A DNA stretch of 64,000 bases, taken from contig OU015566.1 in NCBI GenBank assembly GCA_907165135.1, positions 2,046,001-2,110,000 on the forward strand, given 5' to 3'. The position numbers and the translations under genes are program-made. The DNA is from Oikopleura dioica. Its lineage: Eukaryota; Animalia; Chordata. The notes beneath the pieces are model-generated. The model was not told the DNA's origin and did no database searches. It saw only the letters and a program-made list of their open reading frames with translations. How positions within the stretch are numbered: position 1 is the stretch's first letter; every line of letters begins with the position of its first letter. Positions 25,124 through 35,305 of the stretch are shown here, in pieces.

Positions 25124-25781
25124 GGGGGAGGTCGACGAGAATCGGGATTTCTGTGACCAAAAATGCGGAAAAACCTGCTTAGATAGGCAAATTCTGACTA
25201 TTTACGTGGAAAGAAAAGGGTCTGAAAAATACAGCGGCGAAAACGAGAAAAAAAATTTTTTCCAAAAAATTTTGTAAAATTTAGGTCAAAGTGAGGGTGA
25301 CTCGTGACCAAAAAATCTCAAAAACGGGATTTTTCTGTCTTCATCAAATAGTTTTAAAAATAAGTTTTAACCCTTAAAAATACGGCGGCGACAATGAAAA
25401 AGGGATGCTTATCGTGAAAAATTTTTTACTGTAGATTAAATATATCCGATTTTCCTAAAAATCGTCATTTTTGCTCATTTTTCATAGGGAATTTTACCAA
25501 AGTCGCGGAGACTCAGAATTTTTTACTGATAATGATTAAAAAATCATCAAAAAACAATATCTAGCACATAAAAATTTGATAAGGACTATTTTTGGGTGAT
25601 ATGACCACCTTTTAACTTTCGTAAAATCTCGGAATCCAGACACAAAATCGAAAATTTTGTTAAAAAAAGTTAATAAATCCGCGAAAAGCTGGAGACCAAA
25701 AATGCTCCTTTTTTAATAAGAAATCCAAAAATAAAACGAAAATTTTAAAAAACGAAAAAATTTTTCTCGTCGACCCCCTCC
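25124..25781. mobile_element. TTAA-flanked MITE (Kolobok-like)
   Basis: TTAA|GGGGGAGGTCGACGAGAA...TTCTCGTCGACCCCCTCC|TTAA. Confidence 0.85.
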
Positions 25782-25972
25782 TTAAAGTGAAAATATTGTT
25801 CAAACAGTGATATCATTGTGATCACCTTAACTGATCAAAATTTTTTTATGTTGAAAATTTAGCTGAGACCCTTGTCGAGGGCACCGCATCAAGTTTATGA
25901 TGATATCTTAAGGGTTTCACTAAAGAAAAAGTGTTTGAAGGTTGGTGATCGGCCGAAAAATGGGCAAATTAA

Positions 25973-26651
25973 GGGGGTCCCCAACGATTTTCCCGAAATA
26001 AGCCATTTTCAAACGGCGCTCACGGCGTCACGGACTTAGATTTTTCAAAAATCTTTTTTCGTTCAACTAGATCATTCTTAGATCTAGTGAAGCGTGTCTC
26101 AAATTTTTTTTAATCAACCACATTCGGCGCTAGAGCGCCGAGAAAGTAACCATCTCGCGCAAAATCGCGTTTTCGGGTACTTTTTGACCGAGATTTACTC
26201 CAAAAATTTAGGAAACAAAATTTTTTTTCCTGTGGTTTCTGAAAGGTCTAACGCTAATCTAGTGAAGCGTATCTCAGTTTTTTCAATTTCCAAAAAATGA
26301 TAATGCAATGAAGACGATCAAAATAATGAACGATTTTTTAAATTTCGACCATGTGAATTGCCTTTAGGGCATTACCCAAACCCATATTTTCGGGCATAAA
26401 TAGAAAGTTGAGCTCATAGCCTTTCTAAAAATATGCCATATACGACCCTTAGACAACTGTAAATATGGGTTGATTTTTTAATTTCCATGCAGATGCATCA
26501 AAATTCGCAACTTCAAGGTCAATTTTGGATACTTTTTTCTTATACAATCGAAAAAAGCTAGGAACCTTTTTTGCAGCTTTTTTCATGAGGAATTCAAATC
26601 TGAAGAGAAAAAATTAGAATTCGAAAAATCTCAAAATCGTGTGGGACCCCC
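25973..26651. mobile_element. TTAA-flanked MITE (Kolobok-like)
   Basis: TTAA|GGGGGTCCCCAACGATTTT...AAAATCGTGTGGGACCCCC|TTAA. Confidence 0.85.
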
Positions 26652-27379
26652 TTAAGCTAAAAAAGCCCGAAAATCATGATTTTCAAAGTCGATTTTGAGG
26701 GTCAAAAAGTCGAAATAGAATTTTACTACAATAGAGAAAACTGATCCTCAGAACTCAGAGAATCAATTCCCAAAAATCGTCAAACATGACGGGGGGGTCC
26801 TTAATTCAAAATTTCTATCCAAAAAGCAGTAATTGACTTTTTGAGGCTTTAGATTTAAGATTGTGCTACCCTTAATTTTCCTCAATTTTCGTTGAGCAAA
26901 AAAGAGCCTTGTCAAATCAGATATGCGCCAGCGAGTTAAATCCAAGCTGATCGCCAGCTGTAACAGATTCAATTTGCTTAACCCATATTGTAGCGAATTG
27001 AATCTGAATCTCCCGCTTCGACCCGTAAAAAGAAGAACAATCATCGGCAGCAGCGAGATTGTCCTCCTTCTCCACGTTTTATCCAGCCCTGGAAGATAGA
27101 TATGTCCTCAATATTTTGATAAGGGATGAAAAACATCAAACGAAAAGAGAAAATCCTCAGACCGCTATACACGTGGCTAAGAAAACCAGAAAGTTATCAA
27201 AACTTGGACAAGCTAATCGCGAAGACTGACCGTAATTTGATGCCCTTTTGACTTGCTGATACCCGTTCATCTCCCTTTCCTTTCCTTATCTCTTCAGACA
27301 TATTTTTTCTTTTTGGGGTTCACTTAAGGGTAAAGATATTTTTAAGGGTCTCAACGAATTAATTAAGAACTATGGTCCT

Positions 27380-27654
27380 AAATTCGAAAATAGCTTGGAG
27401 GAACCCTTAGTGAACCCTCTTTCTTACCCTTATTGGAGCCTATATCCTATACCTTACCCTTAAATAGATTTGAGATACCCGTATTCAAAATCTTACCGTC
27501 AAATCAAAGGGAAGGGCATAACCATAAACTGTGGTCAAGAAGGTTTTAATAAGGGTATCGCCAATCTATTTCAAGGTTAGGTCAAGAGTAAAGGCTCTAA
27601 TAAGGGTAAGAAAGGGGGTTAAATAAGGGTTTTTTCCAAGCTATTTCCGAATTT
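27380..27654. repeat. Foldback element with ~60-bp arms and TAAGGGT/ACCCTTA motifs
   Basis: aaattcgaaaatagcttgga...acccttattggagcc vs ggctctaataagggt...tccaagctatttccgaattt. Confidence 0.7.
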
Positions 27655-28171
27655 CTTTTTTATGAAATAAAAATTTGGACGCAAGATTAAAGTTATCCAT
27701 AATTCAGAAAATATTAATAAATTAAATTTTTCGAAAGTTAATGTTAATTATTTTGGCAACAATCTTTCTCGTTCATGGGAAAAAGAGGAGATGCCCTTAT
27801 TTTTGGTTGTAAAAATTCTAGTTTTTTGGGAATTCAAGTTTGAGATTAATCTTTTAGAAACATCAAATTCGCCGGATTTTGATACAGTAAGAGATCTTTT
27901 AGAGTTGGCCTTTTTCTACTATTTTTTGGTGTAAATACCGCGAGGCGCATTTCTCTGGCCTCTCGAATGCCAAAAGAGCGCCTCGGCGGAGATTTTCGCT
28001 CAACCTGAACCCGACCATAAGCCGACCTAAAACTAACGTGGGAATATATTCCGACCGAGAACGGTCACTTATCGGACCCATTTTCTTCCGTATCTTTTTA
28101 TTCGAATTGTGGTTTTTTAATTTTCCCTTTTTTTGATAAAAAGGCATTTTCGAAAAACAAAGTTAATTTAA

Positions 28172-28837
28172 GGGATCCCCCGATTTCCCGAACTTTGACC
28201 CGTATCTACTTTTTCTGGTCTTACTTATGAGTATGATTAGTAGCGCATTTTAAAGCCTGCTTAGAATCAGCTTAATATCCTAACATTCGCTTATGCATTA
28301 GAGGCCGTCAAAGTGATTAAAGTTGACGAAAATGGCCATTTTAGACCATTTTCAAATCGTATCTCCTTTTTTTGAGGCTATTCAATCACAGATCTTTTTG
28401 CATTTATAGAGAGCTCAGACCCTAGACTTAATATTCTGGTAGAATCAGCATGACTGGCTGAGTGAAAAAAAATTTTCTAATTGTAAAACTTTTTGGAGCC
28501 ATTTTGGGCATTTTTTTGGTGGTTAAATGCTCTCTAGCGCCAACAAATGGTCGAAAACTCAAGTGCGGTTATTATATTCGTGATCTAGACATTCTAAGCT
28601 TTCGATCAACCCCAAATTTGTCCCCTCTTGATAACGATGAAAAATCGTAAAAAATTGCGATTTTCGCACAAAGTACAATTTACATGCATTTTCCCAAACT
28701 TTGAAAGCCAAAATTTTGGGGATGCATTTATGTAAATGGGTACTATAATACATCAAAATGATCCTTAGAACACAAGGAATCTAATAATTGGCAATAATGA
28801 TCCGCGCCAAAGTTTTGAAAAATCGGGGGGTGATCCC
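28172..28837. mobile_element. TTAA-flanked MITE (Kolobok-like)
   Basis: TTAA|GGGATCCCCCGATTT...AAATCGGGGGGTGATCCC|TTAA. Confidence 0.75.
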
Positions 28838-30077
28838 TTAAAAAGTCGAATCATCCTAGATTTTCTAAAATGAATCATAGAAAATGACCGACATTGAAGA
28901 TTCCGAATCTGCTCAGCGGAAGTTACCGGATCGACGTAATTTGAAGCGAAATTTAAAATTCTGAGAAGCCTTTCGCGGCGCGGCCAGCTCGCTAATTTAG
29001 CTAAATAGGCTATTTGTCAATTAACAAAATATTTTTTGTCGTGGCTCTCTAATTATGAGTTGAAATTTCTGAAAATGATTGATTTTATAATTTTTGAGCA
29101 AAAAAATAATTCAAGAAAAAAAATTATTTTTGAAAAATTTTTTCAAAAAAATTCCGAAAAAAATAAATCCATTTTTTCGAACAAAAATTTTGACCAAACC
29201 CCAACCCGACCAAAAATTTTTTTTCGATTACGAACCATTGATTCTTCATTTAACCCATCTGCGATCATCTTCATATCTCTCGAGTATAGTTTTATATCTC
29301 AATCAAAATGTCACAAAAAGGAAGTCAAATATATTTCTATTTCAGAAATAAAAAAAAAGTTATTTAAAAAACGAAAGCTATGCGATTTTCGTATCTTTCA
29401 ATGTCAAAAAATTTTCTTGGCTTCCGCAGCGGAGCATTCACCGCGGCGCGATCGCGATTTCTCAGGGCTGCTCGCGAGCGCCCTCGCTCCCGTGAATAGA
29501 GAATAATGGAACAGAAGAGTTATAGAATGAAAGTCACAGAAGGATAACGGTATGACTAACTTCAGACTCTGTAAAAGGGTGATTCAGTATGAATTATACT
29601 ATTCAGAATACCGCATTGTTTTAATTGAAGTAAAATTACGCCGGTATTACATATTCCAATAAAAAAATGGAAGATTCGAAGCTTTCTAAAAGTTTATCAA
29701 ATGTTGCAAAACAGGATCAGATTGCATAAACGGACCAAAAAAGAACACACTGACGAGTAATCCTCTTCAATTTTCTCCGTACTTAAGCCATGAATAAACA
29801 ATTCACTTGAATAATTATTTGTGACACGAATTAATCCTCAAAGAAAGGAATAATTTTTCTACTTGGGAATATTTTGTAATTAAATTCAGTTTCTTTTATG
29901 GCATTTAAAGTAAGTATTAACAAGGTTCATTGTAACAAGAATACAAAGACGACAAGATATTTTGACTAAGACAACGGTTCTTTTATCGAACTCATCCTCA
30001 CTCCTCCGATGAATATATCAATGAATTGAATCTTATATTGATTAAAATGATTTATGACCAAAAAATCTCAAAATGAA

Positions 30078-30235
30078 GGGATTGCGTCTGGAACCGACAA
30101 AGAAATTTCGACAAATTTTGCGTGGGCGGCTATTCGGCTGCTGATTGGCCGGTTCGCCCAATCCAGGCTTCTTATTGGTTGAAAATTTCCACGCGAAATT
30201 TGTCGAAATTTTGTGTCGGTTCCAGACTGCTCCCC
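30078..30235. mobile_element. GTCTGGAACCGACA MITE (copy 2)
   Basis: Highly similar to 6185-6331, with inverted arms. Confidence 0.85.
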
Positions 30236-30988
30236 AAAATCTACTCAGCAATCTTACTAAAAAAAAGGGTGTCAATGTGACAATTGAAAAGATAAGTCGT
30301 CTCAAACATCCACTAAACGAACTTAACCTCCTTCAAAACCGACAACATTCTGAGTTGTGATTCACCAACATAAATTCTAGCAACATCGTCAACAATTCCG
30401 CATCACCATTCCGGGGTCAACCAATCTTCCCACAGTCCTCCCTTCCTCCATCGTCTCGTTTTCCGCGAGGGTACCCTTGCCGGCTCGCATGAATGCTGTT
30501 CCAAGGCCAGCGTTCTCTTTTTTTTACAATTTTTTAACAAAGACGCTCTCAGACCGGAAAACCTCGCCAAAGAAGATGGCGATGGTTATGGTGGCAACCG
30601 CGAGCGAACTTTTTCGCCAACGATTTTTTTCTATATTTCCTGGAAATAGCTTTACGCTAGATCGCAAGAATTAAGAAGGAGGGGCGGAAGATTTTAACCC
30701 CTTGGTAAGTTCTGAAGAGATTAAAAGAAGGAAATATTAAGGGTGTCACCAAGTTAACTCCTTTGAACCGTTGAACGCTTTCTGACGCCCGGATCTTAAC
30801 CTTTCGGTCAAACGACTAAAATTGATCAAAGAGATTTTCGTAAATTTGACAAGAAGATTGACCCTCGAGGGCCAGCCAAACCTTCTCTTTTTACTTTTTT
30901 CGCGTTCTTTTTTGCATGTCTATCGCTCAGGGAAATATGTAGAGCGAGTGTAAATATGAACATTTCAGAGTCGAGAGAACAAGCGAAA

Positions 30989-33494
30989 ATGGGACGCTGC
31001 GACGGATGCATGGACAATCCCTTCGGGAGATTTGTCATGCGGAATTTACTCCTGCCAAGGGTTCAAATTAATTCTAGAGCTTTCAGTGCACTTATCTCTT
31101 TTTCGATGAAAATTGAGATTCGAGGTCCTGATTTTGGGGGAGGTGTCTGGAACCGACAGAAATATTTCGACAAATTTTAAGTGGAAATTTTCAACCAATC
31201 AGAAGCCTGGATTCGGCAAAAAGGCCAATCAGCAGGCGAGTCGGTTCCAGACACCATCCCTATTTTGGGATGAGGGTTAACCCTAACCCTAACCCTAACC
31301 CTACTTTACAGGTTTGAACCCCTGAAAAGATCATGACAATCTCAGGAGTAATCCTGGGAATCTGCCTTGGATTCGGGTTAAAAGCTGTTGAACCGCCATT
31401 CGACAAAGTCGACATTGAATACATAAAATTCCCCGGAACAATGCTTTTACAAGCACTTAAAATGTGCGTCTTGCCCCTGATCGTATTCTCGATTATCTCT
31501 GGCATCGCAAGTCTGGATTCCAAGACGACTGGAAAGATGGGAGGCATTGCTGTCGCCTATTATGGAACTACCACGCTGTTGGCTGTTATTGAAGGAATCA
31601 TCCTTTGCGCAGCGATTAGGGTAGAAAAATCAAATTTACGGGCAGAGAGTGATGATAAATTCTAGCCTGGAGTCACCCCTGGCTCTTCAAGTGGAGAGGT
31701 TGTTTCGACATCCGGTGATTTGGCTACTGTCGATACTCTTCTCGACTTGATCCGAAATCTTCTCCCGACCAACATCGTCATGGCCACTTTCTCCCAGTCC
31801 AGCACTTATCGAAAGCGAACCATTACGACCCACGATTGCAGAGGTTTATCACCTGGACTTTTGGGAACAATTTTTGATGAGGATTCATATGATATCAATT
31901 GCATAACTACAACCAAAGCTTTTTCGCTGACAAAAGATAATGTCAACGATCCGGACTATGGCTACAACTCAACTCTTTGCTCCTGTGAGTGTTCTCTTCC
32001 TTGTTTTTTTTTCGAACCAAATTCTAGATGTACAGACAAAGGAAGAATTCATCAATTCCGAGATGCAATACGAATGCGAGTGGAAAGGAATCGGCACTAA
32101 CTACAGTCACACTGGAGGTGGACCACGAGAAAACGTCCTCGGTGTCCTTTTTTTCTCAATCTCCCTCGCTTTGGCCATCACTAGAATTCCTGACAAGCGA
32201 ATTCGGGTGCGCAAAAGTGGGAAATTTATTGATTGACTATGTTTTAGGAAGTTTTGGTTGCGTTTTTCAACGCTATGAATGATGCTATTCTTCGAGTCGT
32301 TTTTGTCATCATTTGGTACGCTCCCATTGGTATCATTTTCCTCATTGGTTAGTTGAGACAACATGAGCTTGGAAACGGTTTTTTTCGATTTTGACATTAT
32401 TTCCAGCGCCGATTGTGATGTCCGACGATTTCAACGAAGTCGGTCTGAGCCTCCTTAGATACTCAGGAACTGTAATTGGCGGTTTGGCTCTTCACAGCTT
32501 GATTATTTTGCCCATTGTCTTCATTCTCGGTATGTTGCGTTCCGGTTTGCGGTTGTTTACGTTTTCTTTCCTCTCAAAAGAAAATTATTTGTTATGGCGA
32601 AAAATTTAGGCACGAAGGACTTTACCCTTAGAGCTCCACTGAACGTGATCAAATATGTGAAGGGAGTCAGTCAGGCGCTTCTTACCGCTTTTGCCACCGG
32701 TTCAAGGTGAGGAATTTTCAATATTTCGATCAATAAATAGCTTGAACTACTAGTAAATCGTTTCGGAGGAAATCTTGAAATAAAATCCTGAAAAGAAAGG
32801 GCGGAAGTAACTTTGTATTCTAGTTCCGCCACCTTGCCCCTTACAATGTCGACGCTGGAAATCAACAATGACATGGACCAGCGAATAACTCGATTTGTTT
32901 TGCCAATCGGAGCGACAATTAACATGGATGGAACGGCTCTGTACGAAGCTGTTGCTGCTATTTACATTGCTCAGGCGGAAGGATTGCCGCTCAGTTTTGG
33001 GGATTATATTTTGATCAGGTATCTATTTTTACGGTTTTCGCAATCAAAATGAAATTTTCCAGTATCACGGCTACAGTAGCATCGATCGGCGCTGCTGGAA
33101 TCCCACAGGCTGGCCTCGTAACCATGATCATTGTTCTCACCGCGATTGGACTTCCTCCAGATCGAGTTTCGCTCATTCTCGCCGTCGATCCTATTCTTGA
33201 CAGGTATTGTTAACTTCTTCGATTTCTCTTTTACATGTTTCTCGAGTACGGAAGTGGGGTCACTAAATTACATTATTTTTGTAGATTCCGAACTGCCATC
33301 AATGTCATGGGTGATGCAATGGGCTGCGGAGTCGTCAGAGCAAATGTTTCACTCGATGGTAAGCTCTAGAATTCATCTTTCCTCTCACTGGCTTTTATTT
33401 CTCAGAAATCGAGCAAGCTGGAGTTCAAAATGACGCGCTAGAAGAGCCCGCTTCTCCTCCAAGAAAGAAGAATCAAGTCGCCTCAGAACTTTAA
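30989..33494 (+). CDS. SLC1 family excitatory amino acid (glutamate/aspartate) transporter
   Basis: Eleven exons. Motifs [61 protein letters not shown] and [13 protein letters not shown] (Arg of acidic-substrate EAATs). Ends -ASEL. Confidence 0.95.
31136..31260. mobile_element. GTCTGGAACCGACA MITE (copy 3, reversed) in SLC1 intron 1
   Basis: gtgtctggaaccgac ... gtcggttccagacac. Confidence 0.85.
31278..31301. repeat. Interstitial telomeric repeat (TAACCC)4
   Basis: taaccctaaccctaaccctaaccc, preceded by agggt. Confidence 0.85.
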
Positions 33495-33869
33495 TAATAA
33501 CAATTCCAATCACCTCTTTTCTACTTCGCTATCTTTCCCTAGAATAATACTCTTGAAATCATTAAATGTTCAGTATTACTATTTAAATTACTATAATAAA
33601 CTCTTACCGTCTGATTTAGACGGACTTAGCAGTAATTCTGGAGATTCATGGATAAATTAATTTTGAAATTTCTTTTGAAAAACGAAAAAACTTCAGTTGC
33701 CTTAGTTATTGATGCAAAAGAAGTACGCTGTATCCGTGTAAGTCGTAAGTGATGCTGGCGCCATGTTGTCGGGCGCTTAGTTTTTTCATCAAACGTAAAG
33801 GACAGAAAATAATTGGAATGGGGTTATCGTTAGCTGAAAAATATTGATATTTTCTTAGCACTGTTTCTT

Positions 33870-34071
33870 CTGAGCTGAGGTGAGCTAGCGGAGCTGAGGT
33901 CGAAAATGAGCTAGCTGAGCTGAGCTGGCTCCCTATGAAGAACCATTGAGCTGAGCTGAGCTGGCTTTCTTCAGAAAAATTGAGCTGAGCTGAGCTGACC
34001 CTCACTTCAAAATTGCTGAGCTAAACTGAGCTGAATTCTAGCTCAGCTAGCTTACAAAATTTGCAATTCTG
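33870..34071. mobile_element. GAGCT-repeat MITE, copy lacking a clear left TIR
   Basis: Same GAGCT pentamers and right end aaaatttgcaattctg as 42930-43130. Confidence 0.75.
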
Positions 34072-35305
34072 TTTCGGAGACGAAATATGGTCCGTTTTAT
34101 ATGAGACTCTAAATTGATAGTTATTATTCGATCAGCATGATTTCTTATTGAATTTATCAAAAATGATGATGAACCAGGTTATCTATTGACAGACTCTATA
34201 CTAAATTAACAAAACTATTTAAAAGGATAGAATAAATATTAATAATTATATATAATTATAATTTTCCTGTATAAAGAACCAAAAATAGAAAAGATTTTTA
34301 TGTGGAAACGATTTTTATAAAAAGAATTTCAGCCAAAAGAAACCGCAAAGTCAAGTCTCAAGCACTCACTTGTTTTTGCTCGAGCGCCGAGTGTTGTTAT
34401 TGCACTCCTTGTAAAGTACTCGATTTTCCTTGTAATCATAATTGCAAAGAGAAATCTTTTTCAGCTAATGTTACCTTGCCGCTCCAGGGCCAGGGCTCCA
34501 AATTTGATCGAAAAATTAACAGGCTAGGTTTTCTAAAATCTTATATTTTCGACAAGTTACCTAAGCCAGAATGTGTGGCGTTCGAGCTAAAATCGCTTAG
34601 GTGATTTTGAACCCTGCTTTTTCCGCAATTTAACCCGCTGCCTCGAGAGTAGCCCCTGTTCGGCTCGCTAGTAACTTTTTCCAGCCACCCATCTAGAAGA
34701 ATTTTCGAATCGAATATGAATTTGATATCACTTTTTTGGTAACGTTATAATTTCATGTTCTTGAGACAAAAACGCACTAAATTGATGCAAATTCCTTCGA
34801 CTCTCCAGACAAATTTTATCTTCTCGAGACAAAAATTTGTCTTTTTTACAGTTTATGAAAAAAACAAAAAAAAAATACATTTCTAATACTTGAGAAAAAT
34901 TTGATGGAGATTTTTATATTGTTTTTTCCGTCCAGATCGTTGAGAGACGAAAAACTGACGGGAAAAAATGGCATCTTGGAATGAAAAATCTGCGTTTTGA
35001 GTGAAAAATTTCATCAAGAATATTAATAGATTTTGTCTCCTTTCCCAAAAATTTGCCTCGTTGAAAGATTATTAAAAATAACAGCTGAATTCAGAATAAA
35101 AGAAAGATTTTACGCAATTTTTCTGCACAAGAGAACCCCAAGTAACTTCTGACGAAACGCAGGTTAGTTAACGAAAGCTAACATGTGCGAGCGCGACAGC
35201 ACTTGATTTCCCCGAAGCACCCAAAACAAAACGTAGCATATAACTCGCGGTTGACAGCAGAGCAGACATCAATCTCCAGCACTTGCAGAAAAGCAGGAAA
35301 AGAGA

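Larger units (their letters stand above)
24956..26800. mobile_element. TTAA-flanked element hosting two nested MITEs
   Basis: TTAA|GGACCCCTCCGTCAT ... ATGACGGGGGGGTCC|TTAA (14/15 match). Confidence 0.6.

Noticed and set aside
22000-30500. Many 60-156 aa K/F/I-rich ORFs
   Set aside because: Low-complexity translations of A/T tracts and MITEs. No transposase or reverse transcriptase motifs were seen.
32206-32247. Possible GG donor in SLC1
   Set aside because: A canonical GT-AG junction (IR|EVLVAFF) keeps the frame.
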